Source of the DNA: a virus
Strand: one strand, 5' to 3'
IMG/VR virus record: IMGVR_UViG_3300021091_000014
Location: 32,001-96,000 of that record
Length of the DNA: 64,000 nucleotides
The notes under the pieces: generated by a model
What the model was told of the DNA's origin: nothing
Seen by the model: only the letters and a program-made list of their open reading frames with translations
Databases searched by the model: none
Position numbers and translations under genes: made by a program
Shown: one piece after another, positions 9,565 to 19,194 of the stretch
How positions within the stretch are numbered: the stretch's first letter is position 1
Layout: every line of letters begins with the position of its first letter

Positions 9565-10554
9565 ATGTTATTCATTGAACACAAATATATTTCTTTGCTG
9601 TCAAACCGTTTACAGCGGTTTACCAAGCTGAACGAAAAGTCCTATAACTTCCGGTGTCCTATATGTGGTGATTCTCAAAAGAACACATATAAAGCCCGGG
9701 GGTATCTCTATCAGAAGAAAGACAAGTTTTTATTCTTCTGTCACAATTGCGGTGCATCGATGTTGTTTGGAAACTTTCTAAAACAGATCGATCCTAATCT
9801 TCATAACGAATACGTTCAAGAACAGTTTCTTAACAAGGAACGACCAGCTAATACCGAACCAGATATTACTAAGATACATCATCCTAAGTTTCGTATTGAT
9901 TCTCCTCTTAAGTTTCTTAAGAAGGTTAGTCAGTTAACACCGGACCACCCGGTTAAACAGTACGTAATGAAGCGGAGAATTCCTCCGATCTACCATCATA
10001 AACTATGCTATGCACCGAAGTTCAAACAGTGGATTAATAGTGTTCTGCCTGGAAAATTCAATGGAGACGCTGTTGACGAACCACGTCTGGTGATACCATT
10101 CATTGACAAAGAGAGTAACTGTTTTGGCATTCAGGGTCGGGCGTTTAACCCTAATTCTATTCGCTATATCACCATAATGTTTGATGAAGATAAACCTAAA
10201 GTGTTCGGATTAGATACGGTTGATTTTAGTCAGGAAGTATTTGTGCTAGAAGGACCGATCGACTCAATGTTTATACCTAACGCCATTGCTATGGCCGGCG
10301 CCGATCTTACATTACAAACTAATTCTAAACTGACATTTATTTTTGATAACGAACCTCGTAATAAACAAATTGTGTCTCGAATGGAGAAAGCAATTAATAA
10401 AGGCTATAATATTGTCATATGGCCAGATGATGTAATGGCTAAAGACATAAATGATATGGTTCTGATTGGACTTGATCCAATGAAAATAATTAATAAAAAT
10501 ATTTTTTCTGGATTGGGTGCTAGAGCCCGTCTCTCACAGTGGAGTAAAGCATAG
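9565..10554 (+). CDS. gp61: DNA primase (T4 gp61-like)
   Basis: Zn finger NFRCPICGDS...CHNC; TOPRIM motifs EGPIDS, FDNEPRN, KDIND. Confidence 0.95.
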   Translation: MLFIEHKYISLLSNRLQRFTKLNEKSYNFRCPICGDSQKNTYKARGYLYQKKDKFLFFCHNCGASMLFGNFLKQIDPNLHNEYVQEQFLNKERPANTEPDITKIHHPKFRIDSPLKFLKKVSQLTPDHPVKQYVMKRRIPPIYHHKLCYAPKFKQWINSVLPGKFNGDAVDEPRLVIPFIDKESNCFGIQGRAFNPNSIRYITIMFDEDKPKVFGLDTVDFSQEVFVLEGPIDSMFIPNAIAMAGADLTLQTNSKLTFIFDNEPRNKQIVSRMEKAINKGYNIVIWPDDVMAKDINDMVLIGLDPMKIINKNIFSGLGARARLSQWSKA

Positions 10555-10561
10555 ATATATT

Positions 10562-11251
10562 ATGAACGTGAAAATTGTTAGTTATTCTAAACCCGAAAGG
10601 TGGCTTGCTGATGAAGGTCTATACGACGCACAAGACCTGGTCGCGTTCTGCGCCAGAGTTTCCAATCCAACCAATCAGTTCAATACCGAGACTTCTGAAA
10701 AGCTCATCCGATACCTTGTCAGAAACAGACATTGGTCACCCCTTGAAATGGTTTCACTCTGCTTGGAAATTGAAACCACAAGAGACATTGCAAGACAACT
10801 CCTACGTCATAGATCATTTTCCTTTCAAGAGTTCTCCCAACGATATAGTGACCCAGTTAAAGAACTCAATTTCGTTCTTAGAGAGTGTCGGTTACAAGAC
10901 CCAACTAATAGACAAAACTCCGTTGAGTTAAAATACGGAGACGATGATCATAGGAGGCTGGCCTATCAATGGGAACTAATACAGAAAAAAGTAATTGATG
11001 AGGCTAAAAATGCCTACCTTTGGGCCATAGAAAAAGGTATTGCCAAAGAGCAAGCCCGGAGTGTATTACCAGAAGGAAATACTGTTTCAAAGCTGTATTG
11101 CAACGGTTCTCTGAGATCTTGGGTGCACTATATACAACTACGATCCTCCAACGGAACGCAAAAAGAACATATCGAAGTGGCTAAAGCATGCGCCAAAGTG
11201 ATCAGTGATGTGTTCCCACTCATTCAAGACTTTGTAGAAAAAAATAACTAG
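10562..11251 (+). CDS. thyX: FAD-dependent thymidylate synthase
   Basis: RHRSFSFQEFSQRY motif, HWSPLE, TQKEH; likely start is ATG 10562. Confidence 0.95.
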   Translation: MNVKIVSYSKPERWLADEGLYDAQDLVAFCARVSNPTNQFNTETSEKLIRYLVRNRHWSPLEMVSLCLEIETTRDIARQLLRHRSFSFQEFSQRYSDPVKELNFVLRECRLQDPTNRQNSVELKYGDDDHRRLAYQWELIQKKVIDEAKNAYLWAIEKGIAKEQARSVLPEGNTVSKLYCNGSLRSWVHYIQLRSSNGTQKEHIEVAKACAKVISDVFPLIQDFVEKNN

Positions 11252-11260
11252 AGGCAGTGT

Positions 11261-13057
11261 ATGTCTGATTTGATTCACGGCATTAAGGTAGACTATTCTC
11301 GAGACTCTCTTTTTGACGAGTTAGGTATTAAGAGACTTAGAGAAAGCTACATGAAGGAAGAAGAACAATCACCACAAGAGAGGTTTGCTTATGTATCTAA
11401 AGCTTTTAGCTCGAACGAAGCACATGCGCAAAGGTTATATGAGTATTCTTCTAGACATTGGCTTTCTTATAGTACTCCCATTTTATCTTTTGGTAGGAGT
11501 AAGCGTGGTCTTCCTATATCATGCTTTCTCCCTTACTTGGACGACTCTGCGGAAGGGCTTGTCGATTGTTTATCGGAAGTTAATTGGTTATCGATGCTAG
11601 GAGGAGGTGTAGGAATTGGGATTGGAATTCGTTCAGCTGATGACAAGTCTGTCGGCGTTATGCCTCACCTTCGTACTTACGATGCTTCTAGTTTGGCTTA
11701 CAGGCAAGGCCGCACCAGACGTGGCAGTTATGCTGCTTATCTTGACATTAGTCACCCTGACATTCTCATATTTTTGGAAATGAGAAAACCAACAGGTGAT
11801 CCTAATATGAGGACACTTAACTTACATCACGGTATTAATGTTACTGATGACTTTATGGAGTTGATTGAGAAGTGTATGCAAGACCCTCACATTGATGATA
11901 CCTGGGAATTAAAAGACCCACACAATGGAGATGTAAGAGACAAGGTATCGGCTAGAGAGTTATGGCAAAGAATTTTAGAAATAAGAATGCAGACCGGTGA
12001 GCCGTACTTACACTTCATTGATACATCAAATAGAAATATGCCAGAGTTTCAAAAGAAACTTGGACTTAAAATAAGACAATCAAATTTATGTTCAGAAATT
12101 ATTTTACCTACAGATAAAGAGAGAACAGCTGTGTGCTGTCTATCTTCTCTTAACCTTGAATACTATGATGAGTGGAGAAAAGATGATAAGTTTCTTAAAG
12201 ACGTGGCTGAAATGCTCGACAATGTTCTTCAATATTTTATTGATAATGCTCCTGATGCTATTAGTAGGGCTCGCTACTCAGCTACCCGTGAGCGTTCTAT
12301 TGGTGTTGGTGCTCTTGGCTGGCATGCTTTATTGCAGCGTAGCAGTATACCCTGGGAGTCTGCACTGGCTACAAGCCTTAATCACAAAGTTTTCAAGCAC
12401 GTTAAAAAGGGACTAGATGCGGCTAATAAAGAACTTGGCACTGAGCGTGGAGAGGCTCCTGACGCTAAAGGTACCGGTCTACGCTTCAGTCATATGTTGG
12501 CTATTGCTCCTAATGCTTCTTCATCCATCATCATGGGTAATACTTCTCCTTCTATTGAGCCTTTTCGGGCTAATGCTTATAGACAGGACACCCTAAGTGG
12601 ATCATCCTTGAATAAGAATCGATATTTGGATAAAATTATAAAAGAAGAGTCTAAAAATCATAAGGAGGGCTGGTATGAAGAAGTATGGTCCAGTATTATT
12701 GCTAACGACGGATCAGTTCAACACCTGGAATTCCTCGATGATTGGCAAAAAGACATTTTTAAAACGAGTATGGAGATTGACCAACGATGGGTTGTGGAGC
12801 ACGCAGCTGACAGACAAAATTACATTGACCAAGCGCAATCCGTTAACCTCTTTTTTAGACCGGATGTAAATATTAAATATCTACATGCTGTACATTTTCA
12901 AGCCTGGAAACAAGGACTTAAAACATTATATTATTGTAGAAGTGAAAAGTTAGCTAAAGCTGATAAAGTAGCCAAGAAGATAGAACGAGAAGTAATTAAA
13001 GAAATTGATCTCAAAGCACTCACAGAAGGTGATGCATGTCTTGCTTGTGAGGGATAA
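11261..13057 (+). CDS. nrdA: Ribonucleotide reductase class I alpha subunit (short, no ATP cone)
   Basis: ISCF, SNLCSEI, AIAPNASSS, KTLYY, C-terminal CLACEG. Confidence 0.95.
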   Translation: MSDLIHGIKVDYSRDSLFDELGIKRLRESYMKEEEQSPQERFAYVSKAFSSNEAHAQRLYEYSSRHWLSYSTPILSFGRSKRGLPISCFLPYLDDSAEGLVDCLSEVNWLSMLGGGVGIGIGIRSADDKSVGVMPHLRTYDASSLAYRQGRTRRGSYAAYLDISHPDILIFLEMRKPTGDPNMRTLNLHHGINVTDDFMELIEKCMQDPHIDDTWELKDPHNGDVRDKVSARELWQRILEIRMQTGEPYLHFIDTSNRNMPEFQKKLGLKIRQSNLCSEIILPTDKERTAVCCLSSLNLEYYDEWRKDDKFLKDVAEMLDNVLQYFIDNAPDAISRARYSATRERSIGVGALGWHALLQRSSIPWESALATSLNHKVFKHVKKGLDAANKELGTERGEAPDAKGTGLRFSHMLAIAPNASSSIIMGNTSPSIEPFRANAYRQDTLSGSSLNKNRYLDKIIKEESKNHKEGWYEEVWSSIIANDGSVQHLEFLDDWQKDIFKTSMEIDQRWVVEHAADRQNYIDQAQSVNLFFRPDVNIKYLHAVHFQAWKQGLKTLYYCRSEKLAKADKVAKKIEREVIKEIDLKALTEGDACLACEG

Positions 13058-13058
13058 A

Positions 13059-13556
13059 ATGATTATACCTGATACATGGAATAATTTAGATGCATTTGTT
13101 GACTGGTACATTAATAATGGATTTCCAAGAAAATCACCCACCCCGTCCGAAGTTTATTTTACTGATGTAGGCACTAGCGTTATTATTTTCAGACACGACC
13201 ACTATCAAGCAGAATTTTATATCGGTAGTCCTTACTTTAATACTTCAAAGCATTACCACCCTTTTGAGCAAACAATTATTGTTGTAGGTGGTAATGGAAA
13301 AGGAAGGCGTGGAGATAGCTTAGAAGAAGAACCCGTCTGGAGTAATATTGATCACAATCAACATAATGTACGTACCGAAGTTCTTCGTTATGATCAATGG
13401 CATCAATTATCATCTTATAATAAAGGTATGTACTTTTTTAATTTACAGCGCTGGCCAGATAAAACAAAAATGTCAAGTGCAATTATAGGATATGAAGGGG
13501 ATAGTTTAGGACCTGTACATGATGAGCTGATGAAAGATTTTAATAAAAAACAATAA
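13059..13556 (+). CDS. Hypothetical protein, possible cupin fold
   Basis: HYHPFEQ...WHQ metal-ligand pattern; start ATG 13059 just after the nrdA stop. Confidence 0.5.
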   Translation: MIIPDTWNNLDAFVDWYINNGFPRKSPTPSEVYFTDVGTSVIIFRHDHYQAEFYIGSPYFNTSKHYHPFEQTIIVVGGNGKGRRGDSLEEEPVWSNIDHNQHNVRTEVLRYDQWHQLSSYNKGMYFFNLQRWPDKTKMSSAIIGYEGDSLGPVHDELMKDFNKKQ

Positions 13557-13568
13557 CAAATTAAGGGA

Positions 13569-14564
13569 ATGCAGATGAAAAAAATAGATTTAAATCTTTC
13601 AGAAAACAGAGATCATTTTAAACCATTTTATTACCCATGGGCGTATGAGGCATGGCTAAAGCACGAACAATCACACTGGCTTCATACTGAAGTGCCGATG
13701 CTCGAAGATGTAAAAGACTGGAATAAAAAATTAACACAGTCAGAAAAAACTTTTCTTACTAATATTTTTAGATTTTTTACACAGGGTGATATTGATGTTG
13801 CTGGAGGGTACGTTAAGAATTATTTACCTTATTTTCCTCAACCAGAAGTAAGAATGATGCTTTTAGGTTTTGCCGCAAGAGAGGCACTACACGTTGCAGC
13901 ATACTCCCATCTTATTGAGACTCTTGGATTACCAGAAACAATGTATAATGAATTTTTAGAGTATCAAGAAATGAGAGAAAAACATGAATATGTAATGGAT
14001 ATATCGGCTAAGAATTCGACTAAAGAAAATACTGCAACACATATTGCAGTATTCTCAGCCTTTACGGAAGGCATGCAACTTTTCTCTTCATTTATTATGC
14101 TACTTAATTTTCCAAGGCACGGCAAAATGAAAGGTATGGGTCAAATAATTACTTGGTCTATTGTTGATGAGACAATGCATACAGAGAATATGCTCAAGTT
14201 ATTTAAAACTTTTATTAATGAAAATCCAGAAGTATGGAATGATAGTCTTAAGTCTAAAATTTACACCATTGCAGAGAAAATGGTTGAGCTGGAAGATAAG
14301 TTTATTGATCTTGCATTTAAGTTAGGACCAATGGAAAATTTAACACCTGAGCAAGTTAAACAATATATTAGATATATTGCGGATAGAAGACTTATTTCGA
14401 TGGGTATGAAAGGTATTTTTAAAGTAAAACGTAACCCACTATTGTGGGTTGAAGAAATGATTAACGCCCCTATACATGGAAACTTTTTTGAAAATCGAGT
14501 TACTGATTATGCAAAAGGAGCTTTATCCGGTAGATGGGACGATGTATGGGGGAAGGCAGCATAA
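13569..14564 (+). CDS. nrdB: Ribonucleotide reductase class I beta subunit
   Basis: REALHVAAY, EGMQLFSSF, DETMH di-iron motifs, NFFE. Confidence 0.95.
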   Translation: MQMKKIDLNLSENRDHFKPFYYPWAYEAWLKHEQSHWLHTEVPMLEDVKDWNKKLTQSEKTFLTNIFRFFTQGDIDVAGGYVKNYLPYFPQPEVRMMLLGFAAREALHVAAYSHLIETLGLPETMYNEFLEYQEMREKHEYVMDISAKNSTKENTATHIAVFSAFTEGMQLFSSFIMLLNFPRHGKMKGMGQIITWSIVDETMHTENMLKLFKTFINENPEVWNDSLKSKIYTIAEKMVELEDKFIDLAFKLGPMENLTPEQVKQYIRYIADRRLISMGMKGIFKVKRNPLLWVEEMINAPIHGNFFENRVTDYAKGALSGRWDDVWGKAA

Positions 14565-14626
14565 TGTACGAAAAATTAGCACAAGAAATACAAAAAGCAT
14601 GGGCAGAAGAAGGTCAGTTTCATTAA
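14564..14626 (+). CDS. 20-aa mini-ORF MYEKLAQEIQKAWAEEGQFH
   Basis: TAATG overlaps at both ends (nrdB stop and dCMP deaminase start). Confidence 0.5.
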   Translation: MYEKLAQEIQKAWAEEGQFH

Positions 14627-15126
14627 TGAAAGAAAAGTTTGTTAAGTTTTTTATGAGGGTAGCAGAAGAAACAGCTACCCTTTCTTATGCAACCAGACTT
14701 AAAGTAGGCGCAGTAATAGTAAAAGATAAAAATATTATTTCTTTTGGATACAATGGTACACCAGAAGGAATGGATAACAGTTGTGAAAGTATTGACTTTA
14801 TTGCAGATAATACCGAGCTGGTTTATGATGAAATGGTCAGTCAAGGTTATACTTTTGGAGCATATAAAGACACAGCAGGGTGGGTAAAGTCAAAAACTAA
14901 ACCAGAAGTAATTCATGCTGAAGCTAATGCAATTACTAAACTAGCAAGGCAAGGAGGCTCAGGAGAAGGTTCTACTCTTTTTCTTACTCATGCTCCTTGT
15001 ATTGAGTGTTCTAAAATGATTATACAAGCAGGAATAAAAACTGTTTACTGGAAAATACCTTATAGAGAGTCCTCCGGGTTAGATTTGCTACATAAGGCAG
15101 GTGTAACTATTTTTAAGACGGAGTAA
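14626..15126 (+). CDS. cd: dCMP deaminase
   Basis: KVGAVIV, GYNG, HAEANAI, PCIEC; likely start ATG 14626. Confidence 0.92.
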   Translation: MKEKFVKFFMRVAEETATLSYATRLKVGAVIVKDKNIISFGYNGTPEGMDNSCESIDFIADNTELVYDEMVSQGYTFGAYKDTAGWVKSKTKPEVIHAEANAITKLARQGGSGEGSTLFLTHAPCIECSKMIIQAGIKTVYWKIPYRESSGLDLLHKAGVTIFKTE

Positions 15127-15128
15127 AT

Positions 15129-15308
15129 ATGTCAGATAAAGATAATTTAAATTGTTACGAATGCGGAGCTGAATTTCTAGTTCAGCCGGCATTTGATATT
15201 GAAGAACCAATTTCGTTTTGTCCTTATTGCGGTAGTGAGATAGAGCACGAAGAAGTTGATGATGACCTCGACGGCGATATGGATGACGATGAAGATTATA
15301 GGTATTGA
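15129..15308 (+). CDS. Small zinc-ribbon protein with acidic tail (59 aa, not in track)
   Basis: Hand translation gives CYECG...FCPYCG followed by a D/E-rich tail. Confidence 0.75.
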   Translation: MSDKDNLNCYECGAEFLVQPAFDIEEPISFCPYCGSEIEHEEVDDDLDGDMDDDEDYRY

Positions 15309-15837
15309 TTTATCCCTTACAAGCCCAGCTTGTTGTTTCTTTGAGGGTGATGAACTTAATGTAAATGGATGTAAATTTTTTTACCTTACTAATAATAAAA
15401 AATTAGAAGGTAATATCACACCATTTAACGGCACCATGATACAAGAGTATAATAATGATATCGAAAGATATTATAATATTACTAAATGGATAGTTCACAT
15501 CATATACGAAGAAAGCCCTGAGCATATTTTTATTGAGGACTACTCTTTTTCATCAACTGGTAGAGTTTTTAATATAGCTGAGAACTGCGGTATACTAAAA
15601 TTTACGTTATGGAAATCAGGCATAACTTATACTACCATACCTCCTACTGTGGTTAAAAAACAAGCTACTGGAAAAGGTAACTCTAATAAGGCTGCAATGG
15701 AAATTGCATTCCGTAACGAAACTGGATATGATATTAGAAAAATGTTAAAATTATCTAATTCCGCATCTAACCCCGTATCAGATATTATCGATAGTTATTA
15801 TGTTTGTAAAGCAGGCTTACACTATGAGAAAACCTAA
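15289..15837 (+). CDS. RuvC-like Holliday junction resolvase
   Basis: MKIIGIDLSLTS, IFIEDY, PPTVVKKQATGKGN, DIIDS. Confidence 0.85.
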   Translation: MKIIGIDLSLTSPACCFFEGDELNVNGCKFFYLTNNKKLEGNITPFNGTMIQEYNNDIERYYNITKWIVHIIYEESPEHIFIEDYSFSSTGRVFNIAENCGILKFTLWKSGITYTTIPPTVVKKQATGKGNSNKAAMEIAFRNETGYDIRKMLKLSNSASNPVSDIIDSYYVCKAGLHYEKT

Positions 15838-16015
15838 ACGACCGCAGTTCCTAATTAAGAGAGGTTTAAAATTTAAAAACCGTCTTAATGGGGAGCTTAT
15901 CTTAGGTGACCTTATCAATGAAGAAGATATTGATGGTAAATCCTATTTCGTTATACGCAACGAAAAAGGTAATGTGATTAAATTAACTAAGGAGGCGTAC
16001 TCGCTACAAAAATGA
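15824..16015 (+). CDS. Hypothetical protein
   Basis: Small basic ORF overlapping the end of the RuvC-like gene. Confidence 0.55.
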   Translation: MRKPKRPQFLIKRGLKFKNRLNGELILGDLINEEDIDGKSYFVIRNEKGNVIKLTKEAYSLQK

Positions 16016-16191
16016 AATCAACTAGTACCTTTAAAATGAACAAAACTACAAAAAGAATGCTTTCGCTTTTTCCTTTTCCTGATCAAAAAAGCTTAATGCA
16101 CTTTCGTAAACACATGATCATGTCTCAACTTATTTCCGAACAAGCCCAGCGCACAGTACAGAAAAATTCTAAAGACACTGACCAGGCTTGA
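16012..16191 (+). CDS. Hypothetical 59-aa protein (not in track)
   Basis: ATGA overlap; MKSTSTFKMNKTTKRMLS... Confidence 0.6.
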   Translation: MKSTSTFKMNKTTKRMLSLFPFPDQKSLMHFRKHMIMSQLISEQAQRTVQKNSKDTDQA

Positions 16192-16216
16192 TTTTTTTTG
16201 AAGTAAATATTATATT
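16188..16216 (+). promoter_or_regulatory. Sigma70-type promoter
   Basis: TTGATT (16188-16193), 17 nt, TATATT (16211-16216). Confidence 0.6.
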
Positions 16217-16260
16217 GTATAGGCCAGTTAGGCATTTAATTTAACATGAAAGGAAATAAT

Positions 16261-16518
16261 ATGTTTACTCAGAAGCAAAAACTCCGTAAAGCTTTTTTCG
16301 AAGGCCGTGAAATGTCCTCCAAGCAAATTACCGCTCAATTTGGCATTGCGTCTCCCTCGAAAGTAGTTTCTACTCTTCGTATGGAAGATGGTCTTCCCAT
16401 TTACAATAACCGTCATGTAGATACTAAAGGCCGTGTTGTTAACAAGTACCGCCTTGGTACACCTTCACGTAAAGTGATTGCAGCCGGTTATCGTGCCCTT
16501 GCTGCTGGTTTGGTTTAA
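16261..16518 (+). CDS. Small basic winged-helix/HTH-like DNA-binding protein
   Basis: MSSKQITAQFGIASPSKVVSTLR..G.PI followed by a beta-wing; AAGGA RBS favours start 16261. Confidence 0.6.
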   Translation: MFTQKQKLRKAFFEGREMSSKQITAQFGIASPSKVVSTLRMEDGLPIYNNRHVDTKGRVVNKYRLGTPSRKVIAAGYRALAAGLV

Positions 16519-16537
16519 TTTGTAAAGGTGTAACAGA

Positions 16538-16565
16538 AGAGGGGCAAACGCCCCTCTCTTTGTTT
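16538..16565 (+). terminator. Rho-independent terminator
   Basis: AGAGGGGC-aaac-GCCCCTCT followed by CTTTGTTT. Confidence 0.8.
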
Positions 16566-16577
16566 ATGGAGAATTAA

Positions 16578-16847
16578 ATGGTAAGTAAAGTAGATAATAT
16601 CGAGGGTCGAAAGTGGCTTGTGGACATGCTTAAAGCTGGCCCTGCAAGAGTAATATTTACAAAAAAAGACGGTACTGAACGTATTATGAACTGTACTCTT
16701 AATTCAGGCCTTACTGAAGATTTTGAAAAAAAGACTGATCGAGTCAAAGAACCAAATCCTGAGGTATGCCCGGTATATGATTTAGATGCTAAAGGTTGGA
16801 GATCATTTCGATTTGATAGTGTTAAAGCAGTAGAGTTTGATTTATGA
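16578..16847 (+). CDS. SH3/WYL_2-like (DUF2693) phage protein
   Basis: VIFTKKDGTERIMNCTL...VYDLDAKGWRSFR. Confidence 0.75.
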   Translation: MVSKVDNIEGRKWLVDMLKAGPARVIFTKKDGTERIMNCTLNSGLTEDFEKKTDRVKEPNPEVCPVYDLDAKGWRSFRFDSVKAVEFDL

Positions 16848-17260
16848 AAGTAGGAATAACATTTGGTGCGTTTGACTTGTGTCATGCCGGACACAATCTT
16901 ATGTTTGGAGAATGTAAACAGAATTGTGACTATTTAATTGTAGGCCTTCAAGCTGATCCTTCAATTGAAAGAAAAGAAAAGAATAAACCTGTACAGAGCC
17001 TGTTTGAACGCTACGTGCAACTTAATTCATGCAGATACATAAGCGAGGTTATACCTTATGTGTACGAAGCAGAGATCGAAGAAATACTAAGGTCGATTAA
17101 ACCTAATGTTAGGTTTGTAGGTGCTGATTATATTGGTCGTGATTTTACCGCTAAACAATACTGCCTAGATAATAATATAGAATTATACTTTAATAATCGT
17201 GATCACGGATTTAGTACGACTGAGTTGAGGAAACGAATTGAGACTGCTTATAACCGGTAG
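16844..17260 (+). CDS. Cytidylyltransferase-like nucleotidyltransferase (TagD/RfaE-II superfamily)
   Basis: TFGAFDLCHAGH, GADY, RDHGFSTT. Confidence 0.88.
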   Translation: MKVGITFGAFDLCHAGHNLMFGECKQNCDYLIVGLQADPSIERKEKNKPVQSLFERYVQLNSCRYISEVIPYVYEAEIEEILRSIKPNVRFVGADYIGRDFTAKQYCLDNNIELYFNNRDHGFSTTELRKRIETAYNR

Positions 17261-18203
17261 CGCCGGATACATTGGTTCAGTGCTTTGTAAAGTTGCACAA
17301 GAAAAAGGTCATTTTGTACTAGGAACAGACGTTAATATTCCTGCTCATGACTATTACGATGAGTTTGTTCATGATAGCATAGTAAAAAATTCCGTTGCAT
17401 ATGAAGCAAGCAACTTAAAAGTAGACGCAGTATTTCATCTAGCAGCCTCGGCTGACGTTTCTCATAGCACTCGTAGGCCTTCCCTTTACTACAATAATAA
17501 CATCGGAGCCACATCTAAGTTATTAGATAACCTAATAATGATGGGATGGAAGGGACCTGTCATCTTTTCTTCTACCGCTGCTGTATACGGTACAAGAGCT
17601 ACACCCTGCACTGAAGATCTTACACCTACACCTTTTACGGCATATGGTAGAAGCAAACTTATGTGTGAGCATCTTCTAAAAGATGTTTGGAATTGCAATC
17701 AAATACCTTCAGTGTCGTTTAGATATTTTAATGTAGCCGGAGCATATACTGACGTTGGTGATCACTTAGAATCAGGTCACGTAATACAAAAACTATGCAA
17801 TAGCGCATCTACAAAAGAGCAATTTAATATATTTGGTAATAGATATCAAACAATTGACGGTACATGCGTTAGAGATTATATTCACGTATTAGATGTATGT
17901 GAAGCACAATTCACTGCCTTAAATTATTTAAACAGTAACCCCGGTGCGCATATATTTAATTTAGGAACAAAAAGTGGTATATCTGTTAAGCAACTATATG
18001 AAAAATTCTGTAATATTACTGGTGAAAAAATAAAAGCAGTTTATGATATTGCAAGAGAAGGGGACCCAGATTTTTTAGTAGCAGATCCCACGAAGTTTAT
18101 TAACGCAACTGACTTTAATTATAGTCATAGTAATATAGAAAAAATAATTGATAGTGCTTGGAAATGGTACAGTAATCACAGGAGAAATAATAATGCCGTT
18201 TGA
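17238..18203 (+). CDS. galE: UDP-glucose 4-epimerase-like NAD-dependent epimerase
   Basis: TGSAGYIG, FSSTAAVYG, YGRSK, RYFNVAG, DGTCVRDYIHV. Confidence 0.88.
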   Translation: MRLLITGSAGYIGSVLCKVAQEKGHFVLGTDVNIPAHDYYDEFVHDSIVKNSVAYEASNLKVDAVFHLAASADVSHSTRRPSLYYNNNIGATSKLLDNLIMMGWKGPVIFSSTAAVYGTRATPCTEDLTPTPFTAYGRSKLMCEHLLKDVWNCNQIPSVSFRYFNVAGAYTDVGDHLESGHVIQKLCNSASTKEQFNIFGNRYQTIDGTCVRDYIHVLDVCEAQFTALNYLNSNPGAHIFNLGTKSGISVKQLYEKFCNITGEKIKAVYDIAREGDPDFLVADPTKFINATDFNYSHSNIEKIIDSAWKWYSNHRRNNNAV

Positions 18204-19194
18204 AGAAAATGAAATAAGCAAAAACAGTCAAGGTGGTACGGAAAGCGTTAAAAGAGAGCTAGCTAAAAGATTACCAGAAGGACTCGCTGACAATTTTCAA
18301 ATTATTTGCTCAAGAGTAAGAGAGCTTGAAGAAGATAAAATTAGAGTTTATTGGTTACATGACCTACCAGAAGACCCTGAAACTAATCATCTTAAAGATG
18401 AAACTAGTAGAGATAAATTTCACAAAATAGTGTTTTGTGGTAACTGGCAATATAACAGATATAAAGATTACCTAGGTATTCCTCCGTCTAGAAAACATAT
18501 AGTTATTGATACCCCTATTGAACCATTTGACGGAGATGTATTCTCTAAAAAGGATCCTGAAACAATAAATTTAATTTATACATCCACCCCACAAAGAGGG
18601 CTCGAACTACTAGTCCCTATTTTTGAAGAACTAGCAAAGACCCACAAAGATATTCATTTACATGTTTTTTCCAGCTTTAAAATTTATGGGTGGGAAGAAG
18701 CAGATAATAAATTTGAACCATTGTACGAAAAAATAAGAAAACATCCGCAAATGACATACCACGGATTTCAACCGAACGCAGTAGTTAGAGAATATGTTGA
18801 AAAGGCAGATATATTTGCATACCCTTCCATATGGATGGAATGTAATAGTAGGAGCTTGATTGAAGCAATGTCAGCCGGGGCATTATGCGTACATCCTAAC
18901 CTAGGTGGACTAACAGATACATCCGGTAATTTAACTTTTATGTACCAAACAGATGCCGACATTAACACTCATGTTGCCATCTTTATGCAAACCTTAGATA
19001 CTGCAATTAAAATTATTAGAGATAATAAAGACATACATTCCTATTTAAGGTTTGTAAAGGCTTATGCAGATACAAGATATAATTGGAACAAAATTACTTC
19101 ACAATGGATAGATGTTTTAGATAAGCTTAATAATGAGTATAAAGACATGGGTAGTAGAAAAATCCCAGCAGAGAAATTTGTTTATAAGCCATGA
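18193..19194 (+). CDS. Glycosyltransferase, GT-B fold (GT4-like)
   Basis: GGTE, YTSTPQRGL, YPSIWMEC...IEAMSAG; likely start ATG 18193. Confidence 0.85.
   Translation: MPFEENEISKNSQGGTESVKRELAKRLPEGLADNFQIICSRVRELEEDKIRVYWLHDLPEDPETNHLKDETSRDKFHKIVFCGNWQYNRYKDYLGIPPSRKHIVIDTPIEPFDGDVFSKKDPETINLIYTSTPQRGLELLVPIFEELAKTHKDIHLHVFSSFKIYGWEEADNKFEPLYEKIRKHPQMTYHGFQPNAVVREYVEKADIFAYPSIWMECNSRSLIEAMSAGALCVHPNLGGLTDTSGNLTFMYQTDADINTHVAIFMQTLDTAIKIIRDNKDIHSYLRFVKAYADTRYNWNKITSQWIDVLDKLNNEYKDMGSRKIPAEKFVYKP

Noticed and set aside
10575-12869. Alternate-frame ORFs within thyX and nrdA
   Set aside because: Nested in well-conserved genes, with no motifs or RBS
11261-14564. Introns, inteins or homing endonucleases in nrdA/nrdB
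   Set aside because: Both reading frames are continuous and compact; the intervening ORF lacks nuclease motifs
14476-14625. 50-aa N-terminal extension of dCMP deaminase in the track
   Set aside because: Overlaps nrdB; the deaminase fold begins at ATG 14626
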